Shown here: one piece after another, positions 10,801 to 20,700 of the stretch
How positions within the stretch are numbered: position 1 is the first letter of the stretch
How the letters are laid out: every line of letters begins with the position of its first letter
DNA from: Laspinema sp. D2d
GTDB lineage: Bacteria > Cyanobacteriota > Cyanobacteriia > Cyanobacteriales > Laspinemataceae
Direction of reading: 5' to 3'
Length of the DNA stretch: 64,000 bases
Assembly: GCF_025370755.1 (NCBI RefSeq)
Contig: NZ_JAMXFC010000004.1
Location: 145,505-209,504, forward strand
Translations under genes and position numbers: made by a program
Notes under the pieces: generated by a model
What the model was told of the DNA's origin: nothing
Seen by the model: only the letters and a program-made list of their open reading frames with translations
Database searches by the model: none

Positions 10801-13146
10801 CTATTCTTCAATTTTTGTGCGAATAAGCGTTAATAAATCGCGCGTTTTATAAGGTTTAGATAAATAGGTCGGGCCGCTCTTTTCCGTTGATGCGGATACG
10901 GGAAGATTGCTCATCAATCCACTAACGGCAATAATTTTAATGGCGGGATTAATTTTTTGAAGTGCTTTTAGGGTGAGTTTTCCATCCATTAATGGCATCA
11001 TCATATCCAGAATCACCACGGCAATTTCTGAGGACCGTTGACTGTAGAGGGAAATAGCCTCCATGCCATCAGCAGCCGTTAATACATTATAGCCAAATTT
11101 TTGGAGGAGGGCTTGAGCAATTTCACAGATGGCAACTTCATCATCTACGACTAAAATTAACTCCCCGGATCCGAAAGGGAGTTCGGTTGGTTCTGCAGTT
11201 AGCACTTCCGTTCCCTGCATGGCAGGCAAGTAGACAGTAAAAGCACTTCCTTTGCCAATTTGACTAGAAACGGATAAAAATCCGCCATGATTTTTAACGA
11301 TACCTCGAACCGTGGGTAACCCGAGTCCCGTGCCTTTTCCTAATCCTTTGGTCGTAAAAAAAGGTTCAAATAAGCGGTCTAAAATTTCCGGGGGAATCCC
11401 GGTTCCTGTATCGCAAATTGTGAGTTTAATATAAGAACCCAGTTGAGCCTCGGGGTCGAGGGTTAAATCGGATTTGGTGAGGGTGAAGTTTTCAGCCTGA
11501 ATCGATAAAGTTCCCCCGTTTGGCATCGCATCCCGAGCGTTGACGCACAGATTCATCAAGATTTGATGGAGGTGAGTAGGGTCGCCGGAAATCAACCAAA
11601 GTTTGGGGTTAATTGTGGTAGAAATTTGAATAGATTTGGGAAAGGTTTCTCGGGCGATCGCGACGATTTCATCAATCAGGTGTTTGATTTGAACCAGGGT
11701 TCGATTCCCATCCAACCCTTTGGCAAAAGATAGCACTTGTTTGAGCAGGTCCGCGCCGCGCAAGGTGTTAATTTCTAACATGGAAATTAAGCGCATTTGC
11801 TGGGCATTTAAGGGGAACATTTCCAACAGTTGCACCGCCCCCAAAATGGGGGTGAGAATGTTGTTCAAATCATGGGCAATGCCACTGGCTAAAGTGCCAA
11901 TACTTTCGAGGCGTTGGGCGCGCAAAAACTGGGCTTCAAGCTGTTTTTTCTCCGTAATATCTGTATTCACTGACAGGATGGAAAAGGGCCGATCGCGCTC
12001 GTCTCGGACTAGGGTCTGACGACTGGCAACGGTGATGGATTTACCCCCTTTGGTGACTTGTTCTAACTCTCCATGCCATTCGCCGGTTGTGAGGACCGTT
12101 TGCTCGATCTGGTTGAGTTCTTGGGCGCTTTTCACATCAAAAAGATGACTGCTGCTTTGGGCGATCGCTTCGCTGCGGGTCCATCCATATAATTTTTCCG
12201 CACCTTTATTCCAAAATACAATATTCTGCTGAAGGTCTTTGACCCAAATTGCATCGGTGGCAACATCTAAAAGCGCTGCCTGCTGGCGGACCTGTTCTTC
12301 AGCGCGTTTGCGCTCAGTGATATCGTATAATGCCCCAACAATTTCTTCACTTTGTTTCTCCCCTTTACAAATCAGCTTCATTTCATCCCGCACCCAGCGA
12401 TAACTCCCGTCTGTATTCTGGAACCGATACTCACTGAGGGAATGACCGATTTGGTACAACTGCTTGATACTGGAAAATAGCGCCGGTGCATCATCGGGAT
12501 GAATGCGATCGCGCCAAAATGAGGAGTCCCCTAAAATTTCTTCCGGTCGATATCCCAAATGTTCGAGAATATTCTCACTCACAAAGGTCGGGCAGTAAGG
12601 GTGGTCAGAAGGGCAGGTATAAATCACGGCTGGACTGGAGGACAACAAGTATTGAAGCTGACTTTGCGTGGCGATGAGTGCCGATTCCGTCCGTTTTAAT
12701 TCCTTAATTTGATGTTGGAGTTCCGACTCCCGTAAAACCCGTTCCGTGACATCTTCAATGGTGGCGATCGTGCCAATCACTTGAGATGCTTCCATAAGGG
12801 GAGCAATCTTAGCACTTTGTAGCATATAAGGCACGCTTTTATAGACATCGGTTGGGAGCATGGGTAACAAAAACCCATGTAACCGCTGAGATAGGAGGGT
12901 AACTTGTCCGGCTAGGGCTTGGTAAAAAAATCGATCTAATCGCCGCTGCTTTAATTCGGGATAAATTTCTAGTAAATTTCTCCCCACCACCCGATTCACA
13001 CTCAACCCACTATAGAGTTCCAGCCAACGATTCCAACTTTGGATATTCAAATCTACATCGGTCGTAAATATCCCTCGGTCAGCTAAGTCATTGACCCAAT
13101 GAAGGAGATCTTGATTAGAGTTGAGCGGATCGGTAATATTGCTCAT
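10801..13146 (-). CDS. PAS-domain hybrid sensor histidine kinase with C-terminal receiver
   Basis: There are about three PAS/PAC repeats, then a HisKA domain (HDLNNILTPILG), an HATPase_c domain (GTGLGL) and a C-terminal REC domain (LVVDDEVAICE...DMMMPLMDG). Confidence 0.9.
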   Translation of the reverse strand: MSNITDPLNSNQDLLHWVNDLADRGIFTTDVDLNIQSWNRWLELYSGLSVNRVVGRNLLEIYPELKQRRLDRFFYQALAGQVTLLSQRLHGFLLPMLPTDVYKSVPYMLQSAKIAPLMEASQVIGTIATIEDVTERVLRESELQHQIKELKRTESALIATQSQLQYLLSSSPAVIYTCPSDHPYCPTFVSENILEHLGYRPEEILGDSSFWRDRIHPDDAPALFSSIKQLYQIGHSLSEYRFQNTDGSYRWVRDEMKLICKGEKQSEEIVGALYDITERKRAEEQVRQQAALLDVATDAIWVKDLQQNIVFWNKGAEKLYGWTRSEAIAQSSSHLFDVKSAQELNQIEQTVLTTGEWHGELEQVTKGGKSITVASRQTLVRDERDRPFSILSVNTDITEKKQLEAQFLRAQRLESIGTLASGIAHDLNNILTPILGAVQLLEMFPLNAQQMRLISMLEINTLRGADLLKQVLSFAKGLDGNRTLVQIKHLIDEIVAIARETFPKSIQISTTINPKLWLISGDPTHLHQILMNLCVNARDAMPNGGTLSIQAENFTLTKSDLTLDPEAQLGSYIKLTICDTGTGIPPEILDRLFEPFFTTKGLGKGTGLGLPTVRGIVKNHGGFLSVSSQIGKGSAFTVYLPAMQGTEVLTAEPTELPFGSGELILVVDDEVAICEIAQALLQKFGYNVLTAADGMEAISLYSQRSSEIAVVILDMMMPLMDGKLTLKALQKINPAIKIIAVSGLMSNLPVSASTEKSGPTYLSKPYKTRDLLTLIRTKIEE

Positions 13147-13183
13147 TTTACTAAGCCTTTGTTGATAGCTAACTATTATTCCA

Positions 13184-13828
13184 TTATGAAGACATGGAAA
13201 TGTTAGGGGGGTCTATCTCTCCCCGGGCCCAGTTATCAATCTCTTCGAGTAATTTTTCTAAAGAGACCACACTCAATACCATGACTAAATACCCCTGAAT
13301 GGAATTTTCCTTCATCCGAAACCCAGTATAAACGACCATTGCATACCGCATTTCCGCTTTACCAATACTCAGAGAATGGAGTAACCCATCTAAGGCTTCT
13401 AAATGTAACCGAGGAACTGAAAAAGAAATTTGCATTTGTAACAAATTTCCAAAAACGCTTAGACAGGCGTTGAGTAAAATATTGCCTATTTCCGTGAGCA
13501 CTTCGGCTGCCGAGGCATCCAGGCGATCGCGATGCATATCTTGTTCTGGCGTGACCAACTCAGTCAGTTGCAAGGCTCCGTCATAGTTCAACAATAACAG
13601 GGCATTTCCCGAAACCCGTCCTGTAAAAATTTGCTGAACCGTGGCAATTTCTCCCGTAACAAAGGTCCCGAGTTTGGCGCTGAGTTCTTCGATGGGGTGA
13701 ATGGAAACCTGGGGAACCTCTAGTAACACTCGATGACCCGTGAGTTCCGAGAGCGCCGTCGCTGTGCGGGCGAAACCCATGTTCAGTAATTCGCTTAAGG
13801 CATCCTGTTGGATTTCTGTCAGCTTCAT
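13184..13828 (-). CDS. CheC-like protein (CheC/CheX/FliY family CheY-P phosphatase)
   Basis: It has two internal CheC-type repeats: LSELLNMGFARTATALSELTG and LTEIGNILLNACLSVFGNLLQ. Its start overlaps the stop of the upstream receiver gene by 4 bp (ATGA). Confidence 0.75.
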   Translation of the reverse strand: MKLTEIQQDALSELLNMGFARTATALSELTGHRVLLEVPQVSIHPIEELSAKLGTFVTGEIATVQQIFTGRVSGNALLLLNYDGALQLTELVTPEQDMHRDRLDASAAEVLTEIGNILLNACLSVFGNLLQMQISFSVPRLHLEALDGLLHSLSIGKAEMRYAMVVYTGFRMKENSIQGYLVMVLSVVSLEKLLEEIDNWARGEIDPPNISMSS

Positions 13829-14235
13829 TCTACCCCTCCCGGGATTCCTTGGAGAACCTGATTTACGGTGTCCAGAACCGCATCGGGATTATAGGGCTTA
13901 GTCACATACCCCAGTGCTCCGGCTGCCATGACGGCAGCGCGGGTCATTTCTTGAAGATCAGCCGTCGCCATGACGATGCGGGCGTGATGGTCGAAGGCGC
14001 GTAATTTTTCCAGCACTTCGGTTCCCTGCATATCTGGCATGGCGATATCCAGTAAAACCAGATCTGGTTTTTCTATATAGTAACTCTCAATGCCCGTTAA
14101 TCCATCCTTGGCCTCAATAATCAAGTGGCCTTCAGTCTGGAGGATGCGTCGCAGTATTCCCCGAGAAAGGGTAGAGTCATCAACAATCAAAATTTTTGCC
14201 ATTGCCTTGCGTCTTTGTATCGGATTGGCAGTCAA
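13825..14235 (-). CDS. CheY-like single-domain response regulator
   Basis: The protein is a receiver domain only: KILIVDDS ... LLDIAMPDMQG ... TKP. A possible alternative start lies at 14202. It is translationally coupled to the CheC-like gene. Confidence 0.9.
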   Translation of the reverse strand: MTANPIQRRKAMAKILIVDDSTLSRGILRRILQTEGHLIIEAKDGLTGIESYYIEKPDLVLLDIAMPDMQGTEVLEKLRAFDHHARIVMATADLQEMTRAAVMAAGALGYVTKPYNPDAVLDTVNQVLQGIPGGVE

Positions 14236-14363
14236 GCTCTAACCCTGAGATTGAAGGATCCAACTTTCCAGCCGGTCCGCTTCATTTCCGCCCCCATTTG
14301 TTCATGCCCTTATCTTAACTCTGAACGGGAGTGCTGCATAGGGATATCTTCTCATTACTGCTT

Positions 14364-17300
14364 TTATAGCGTCCAGGTCAATTGAGCGAGGACTTGAGCT
14401 AATTGGGCCGGTTCTACGGGTTTAGTAAGGTGTTTTTCAAAGCCTGCGAGGAGGGATTGGGCGCGGTCCTCGTCCGAGGCAAACGCAGTCAGGGCGATCG
14501 CCGGAATATGACTGTGGTTTTCAGCTTCATGCTGGCGGATTTGGTGAATTAAATGATATCCGTCTTCTCCGGGCATTCCAATATCGCTGACTAAGATATC
14601 AAATTTGAATTGGCCCAACAAGGCGATCGCCTCGGCAACGGAAGTGACTACCCGAACCCGGACCCCATAATCGGTGAGCATCGCTTCCATTAAATCCCCG
14701 GTATCGGGGTCGTCATCCACGACTAACACCTGCAACCCATCTAATGCCCACAGTTGACTCGACAATCCTTCCTCTGGAGAACAGGAAGTCTGGACGGCTT
14801 GCTCTTGCTCTTGTGGCGGTTTGGGCAGAATCGGTAACTGGACCCGCAACGTGGCCCCTTGGTCTTCACCCTCGCTCAAGGCTTGGACCTGGCCCCCGTG
14901 GAGTTCGACTAAGTGCCGGACGATGGTCAACCCTAACCCTAATCCACCATAGGCGCGAGTCGTAGAACTATCCGCTTGACGGAATCCCTCAAAAATATAG
15001 GGGAGAAAGTCGGGATGGATGCCAATTCCCGTATCCTGAACCTGGAGGGTAATATAAGAATCCATTTGGGCGATCGCTACAGAAATTTGACCTCCGGCTG
15101 GGGTAAATTTCACCGCATTGGATAACAAATTCCAAGCCACTTGTTGCAAGCGATCGCTATCCCCCGAAACCAAGGGAATCGCCGGATCAAAGTTAAAATC
15201 AATCTGAATTCCCTTAGATTCAGCCGTGGGAGTTACCGTATCCAGGGCGGCTTCAACAATAGGAATTAAATTCACCGGACGCAGTTGTAAGCGAATTTTA
15301 CCGCGAATAATCCGGGAAACATCTAAGATATCATCAATTAGAGTCACCTGTAATTTAGCATTACGCTCAATGGTTTCTAATGCTTTCGTCTTTGTCGCTT
15401 CATTCAGCTTGCGGGTGCGCAGCAACTGGGTCCAGCCCAGAATTGAATTGAGGGGGGTGCGCAGTTCATGGGAAACAATGGATAAAAACTCATCCTTGAT
15501 TTGATTGGCCTTGATTAATTCTTCTGACTGTTGCTGTTGGAAAATGAGCGCTGTTTCCAGTTCTCGCTTATGTAAAGTTAGTTCCGAGGCGAGGGCTTCT
15601 ACATCGGAGCTTTGAGAGGCCAACTCCTGCTGTAACACATCCCGCACCCGTTTAATGGCGATCGCATTGCCCACCCGCGCCCGCAATTCTTCCACGGAAA
15701 AGGGTTTCATCAGATAATCTTGCACCCCTTCCCGCAATAACTGGACCCGCAAATCATCATCATCTTTCGCCGTCAACATGATAATGGAAACATTGGCAAA
15801 ATCGGGATTACTGCGTAATAAAGACACCAGGCGATCGCCCCCAATTTCGGGCATCATCACATCACTCAAGATTAAATCCGGATGCAGGGCGAGTGCCTGT
15901 TCCCACCCTTGCTCCCCATTAAACGCCGTCGCAATTTGATAGTCCCGTCCCAGGATATCGCTGATAAAGCGATTCATTTCCCGGTTGTCTTCCACAATTA
16001 AAATCAGGGGTCGAGAGTCATTGGGAACGAGCATCGGGGGAGGTGTTTCCCCTCCCACCTTCAGTTCAGCGATCGCTGATTCGGCCAGATCCTCCCAGAT
16101 AGAAGCCTCTGAAGCCGTTTTAGTGAGGTCTGGAGAAACCGCCAAAGGCAGTTGAACCGTAAACATTGCCCCGCCTAGGGGTGCATCAGCGACGGTTATG
16201 CTTCCTTGATGAAGTTCTACAAATTCTTTAACAATTGCCAACCCCAACCCCGTCCCGCCAAAACGACGGGTGCTCCCGCCTTCAATTTGGCTAAAGCGCT
16301 CAAAGATGCTTTCACGCCGTTCCAAGGGAATCCCTGGACCACTATCTTGGATGGCGATCGTCACCGGGTTATTCTCCCCGGGCCCATCGTTCAGAGACAG
16401 GGAACAGTCAATTTTGCCTCCCGGGGGTGTGAACTTAAAGGCATTAGAGAGTAAGTTTAAAACCACCCGTTCGATTTTTGGGCGGTCCAATCGGGTTGAC
16501 AAGGATTCCGGGGCCTTGAGGGTTAATTCAATCTCCCGTTCCAGGGCTAAGGCGTCAAAGTTCGCCGCCACTTGGCGAATCAGACTCGCTAGATCCAGGG
16601 GAACGGCGGCGAGTTCCATTTTGCCCGCTTCTAGCTTAGAGATATCCAGGAGATCATTAACCTGTTTGAGGAGCATTCGGGAATTACGCTCAATTACCAG
16701 TAAGTCCCGGTGTTGTTCCCCCGAGAGTTGGGTATCGGCGAGCAACTTCTGAGTTGGACCTAAAATCAAAGCCAGGGGGGTTCGCAATTCATGGCTAACG
16801 TTGGCAAAAAATTGGCTTTTGAGTTCATCCAGTTGCTTCAGTTGACCATAAAGGGCTTGCAGTTCTTGATTTGCCCGTTCCAGATTCAAGCGGCGCTCTT
16901 CAGAAACCTGAGCCGAGTCCAATAATTTCAAGGCTTTGGGGATTAAGGGGGGTAAAGAAAGTGCGGTAGTGACTGAGGCGATCGCCGTGAGTAATTTAAC
17001 ATTTCCCGATAACCAGTAAGTCGGATTCCACAAGGTCCAGACTGATAGAAAATGGGTCATGCCACAAGCGATGATAAACGCACCAAAGGCTAAAAATATC
17101 CAATCAAAGGGGATATTTTTCCGCGCTTTATAAACGAAATAAGCAAGGCTGCTCGAAATGGCAACATAGGCGACGCCAATCAGGGTGTCGGATGTCACAT
17201 GAAGCCAAACTAATGAGGGCTTCCAGAGATAACAATGACCGTGGGGGATAAACCCGTCTTTGGCTAATAAATTTCCCAGGATGTCGGGCCAGAGCAGCAG

Positions 17301-17444
17301 GGTGAAGAGGCAGAGCAACCCCAATAATCCGCTAATCAAGAGGATATTGGGGGGCGGGTTACTATCGGTTTGAGTAGAGTTTTTTAACCCTTGTCCCTCA
17401 GCATCTGAACTGAGAGTGGCTAGATTAAAATTAAATGGTTTCAT
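14364..17444 (-). CDS. ethylene-binding-domain (EBD) homolog fused to a dual histidine kinase (EBD-HisKA/HATPase-REC-HisKA/HATPase-REC)
   Basis: The N-terminal TM region (SDTLIGVAYVAISSSLAYFVYKARKNIPFDWIFLAFGAFIIACGMTHFLSVWT...KLLTAIASVTTAL) aligns with the plant ETR1 EBD. This includes the Cys-G-x-T-His copper-ligand motif (LCGATHL in ETR1). Two complete HisKA (VSHELRTPL) plus HATPase modules follow, each succeeded by a REC domain. Confidence 0.85.
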   Translation of the reverse strand: MKPFNFNLATLSSDAEGQGLKNSTQTDSNPPPNILLISGLLGLLCLFTLLLWPDILGNLLAKDGFIPHGHCYLWKPSLVWLHVTSDTLIGVAYVAISSSLAYFVYKARKNIPFDWIFLAFGAFIIACGMTHFLSVWTLWNPTYWLSGNVKLLTAIASVTTALSLPPLIPKALKLLDSAQVSEERRLNLERANQELQALYGQLKQLDELKSQFFANVSHELRTPLALILGPTQKLLADTQLSGEQHRDLLVIERNSRMLLKQVNDLLDISKLEAGKMELAAVPLDLASLIRQVAANFDALALEREIELTLKAPESLSTRLDRPKIERVVLNLLSNAFKFTPPGGKIDCSLSLNDGPGENNPVTIAIQDSGPGIPLERRESIFERFSQIEGGSTRRFGGTGLGLAIVKEFVELHQGSITVADAPLGGAMFTVQLPLAVSPDLTKTASEASIWEDLAESAIAELKVGGETPPPMLVPNDSRPLILIVEDNREMNRFISDILGRDYQIATAFNGEQGWEQALALHPDLILSDVMMPEIGGDRLVSLLRSNPDFANVSIIMLTAKDDDDLRVQLLREGVQDYLMKPFSVEELRARVGNAIAIKRVRDVLQQELASQSSDVEALASELTLHKRELETALIFQQQQSEELIKANQIKDEFLSIVSHELRTPLNSILGWTQLLRTRKLNEATKTKALETIERNAKLQVTLIDDILDVSRIIRGKIRLQLRPVNLIPIVEAALDTVTPTAESKGIQIDFNFDPAIPLVSGDSDRLQQVAWNLLSNAVKFTPAGGQISVAIAQMDSYITLQVQDTGIGIHPDFLPYIFEGFRQADSSTTRAYGGLGLGLTIVRHLVELHGGQVQALSEGEDQGATLRVQLPILPKPPQEQEQAVQTSCSPEEGLSSQLWALDGLQVLVVDDDPDTGDLMEAMLTDYGVRVRVVTSVAEAIALLGQFKFDILVSDIGMPGEDGYHLIHQIRQHEAENHSHIPAIALTAFASDEDRAQSLLAGFEKHLTKPVEPAQLAQVLAQLTWTL

Positions 17445-17716
17445 AACGGTTTAATTCATTAAAATCATGAATTTTTCAGGGTCAGTCGGGGAATTGAGCT
17501 GGGTTGAATTGATGGAGTCGGATAAAAAATAAAGCTCAAGAGTCTTCAGAACCCAAAGGGGTTAGATAGGTTTGAATTCTGAGAAAATCGCGAGAGTCTG
17601 ACGGTGAAAAAATCGCCCGACGAGAAATTCTACTGCACTAATTTCAATTTTAGCGCTGAAACGGTCAGAACTTCAGGGAGCAAGAGAGGCCGGGAGCAGA
17701 AAGGGGAAATTTGGGA

Positions 17717-20700
17717 TTAGATTAAGCCCGTTTGTTGAGCAATTTCCGCGAGGGCCGTTGCTAATTTCAAGGGTTCAACAGGTTTAGCAACATGAAGATG
17801 AAATCCGGCTAACAGGGCTTGTTGACGATCCTCTTCCCGAGCAAAAGCAGTCAAGGCGATCGCGGGAATGGGCTTGCCGTATCCTGCCTCACGCTGGCGA
17901 ATTTTGCGGATCAAAACATAGCCGTCTTCTTCTGGCATTCCAATATCAGAAATTAAGATATCATGACGCGATCGCTCGGTGACGGCTAAGGCTTCAGCAG
18001 CGGATACAACCACCGTCGTCTGTACCCCATATTCCGCTAAGACTTGAGCAATTAACTCTCCCGTATCGCGATCGTCATCGACAACCAGTACCTGTAAACC
18101 TGCGATGTTTAAGGCATACTTTGCCATTGTTTTCTCGTCCAACATTACAGTATCGGGTTCGGGGAGAGGACTCTGGGAGACCCGGATGGGGAGGGCTACG
18201 GTAAAGGTGGTGCCCGTTCCTTCTCCCTGACTGAAGGCTTGGACGGTCCCCCCATGCAGTTCTACGAGGTAGCGCACAATGGTTAAGCCTAGACCGAGAC
18301 CCCCGTGGGTGCGGGTGGAGGAACTGTTGGCTTGGCGGAAGCCTTCAAAGACGTGAGGGAGGAAGTCGGGGCTGATGCCAATCCCCGTATCCTGGACCCG
18401 AAACTCGATGCGATCGCCTACCCGGTCGATTCCTACGGTCACCTGTCCCCCATGAGGGGTAAACTTGACCGCATTGGAGAGTAGATTCCAAACAATTTGA
18501 TGGAGGCGGCTACTATCCCCTAAAATGATCTGTCCGCTTGCATTGAACTGGGTCAGCAGTTGAATCGACTTCGCTTCCGCTGCGGGAGTCAGGGTGGAAA
18601 TCGCCTGTTCCACCAAAGTTTCCAGATACAAAGGAACTCGATTTAGGCGAATTTTCCCGCGAACAATTCGCGAGACATCGAGGATATCGTCAATCAGGGT
18701 CACCTGGTGCTTGGCATTGCGTTCGATAGTTTCTAGGGCTTTTTGTCGCGTCTCTTCTTTGAGGGTGCGAGCACGGAGTAATTGCGCCCAGCCGAGAATC
18801 GAGTTGAGGGGAGTCCGCAATTCATGAGAGACGATCGCCAAAAATTCATCCTTGAGTCGGTTGGCTTTTTCGGCGCGATCGCGGGCTTGTTGCTGGGCCT
18901 CATAAAGGTTGGCCCGGTCAATGGCAAGGGCTACGCGATCGGCCACCAGTTGCAGCAAATAGACATCTTCGGCCATAAATTCTCGCGGCGACTCCGTACT
19001 CACATGGAGCACCCCAAGCACTTGGTCGTCTAAGATCATCGGTGCGCCCATCATGGACTCAATTTTTTTATGTCGGAACAGAGGACTAATCACTTGGGTA
19101 TGAGCATCGCGCTCAATCCGCATCGGTTGCCGAGTCTGGGCAATTTTTCCCGCAAACCCCAGCCCCAGGGGAATCGGGATAGAGGCGGAAATCGGTTGCT
19201 CTAAATCTAAGCCTTTAGTCGCCGTCACAATCAAGGCAGTTTGCTCAGGATTCATCAGTAAAATCACCACCGCATCCACTTCTAACACCACGGTGACGCG
19301 ATCGAGCAACTCTTGGAGTAAATCATGGAGAGACAACGGGGCGATCGCCACATCCACAATCGCTTGTAACCGATGTACCATTGTCGTTGCCCGTTCAGAC
19401 AAAATTCGCGCCGCTTTCTCCCGTTCCAACAACTCCATGCGCTCTTCTTGCGCTTCCTTACGTTCGTGAATGTCTGTATTCGTCCCAAACCACTTGACAA
19501 TCTCTCCCTGATGATCGCGCATGGGTACCGCTAATCCCAGATGCCAGCGGTAAGCGCCATCAGAACCCCGACGCATTCTGGCTTCAATTTCATAAGGGTG
19601 TCCGTGTTCCACACAAGCCATCCACTTATCGCGACATTCGCACAAGTCGTCAGGATGCACGATGGGCTCCCATCCCCAGCCTAGCAGTTCGGCCTCACTC
19701 AAGCCGGTGTACTCACTCCAGCGGTGACTCAGGTAATCCAGGGTCCCATCGGGTAGGGCGGTCCAGACCATTTGGGGAATGGCCTCGCTCAGGAATCGAT
19801 AATACTGCTCACTGGCTTCAGCTTGAGTTCGGGCTGATTGTTCCAGTTGTAACAGTTCAATCCGTTCTGCCTCCGCTTCTTTGAGGGGAGTAATATCGAT
19901 CGCCGATCCAATGAACCCGACTAAATTGCCCTCGGGATTCCACCGGGGCACCCCAGTTTCTAGCATCCACCGATAGGCTCCATCCGATCGTTTTAGGCGG
20001 TATTCCTGAGTAAAAGGTTGGCCGACTTTTACCGCTTGTTGGTAACTCAAAACGCACTGGAGTTGATCCTCGTAATGGATCCGGTCCCGAGGGTTGAGCT
20101 CCGGGTCTGCTTCCAATAAGACGCCGATGAAGTTTAAGCCCCATTTATTTAAAAAAGTCCACTGTCCCTGACAATTGGCTACCCACAACAGCACCGGGGC
20201 GGTATCTGCCATATCCCGAAACCGTTTTTCACTGTCGCGCAGGGCTTCTTCCGTCTGTTTGCGTTGGGTAATATCGTAGCGGATGGCTAAATATTGAAAG
20301 GGTTTTCCCTGACTATCTAAAAAAGGAACAATGACTGTATCGACCCAATAATAAGTACCATCTTTGGCCCGATTCTTAATTTCCCCGCGCCATACTTCTC
20401 CCCGGGCAATAGTCGCCCATAGATTGATAAAAAATTCTTTAGGATGATAACCGGAATTAATTAAGCGATGGTCTTGTCCAATTAATTCAGACTGGGAATA
20501 TTTAGAAATTTGAATAAATTTTTCGTTGACATATTGAATCGTTCCTTTCGCATCAGTCGTAGCAACGATCGCTGATTTATCTAAAGCGAATTGGAAATCC
20601 GATAATTCTTTTAAGGTTTGTTGAAGTTCCGCCTCTGCCCGTTTGCGATCGCTGATGTCCCGTACCGATGCCATCCAAACTGAGCGACCCAAATAGACCG

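Noticed and set aside
11697-11720. GGTTCGATTCC, a tRNA T-loop-like motif
   Set aside because: It lies inside the hybrid kinase coding sequence. No acceptor or anticodon stem can be built around it. It is a coincidental match.
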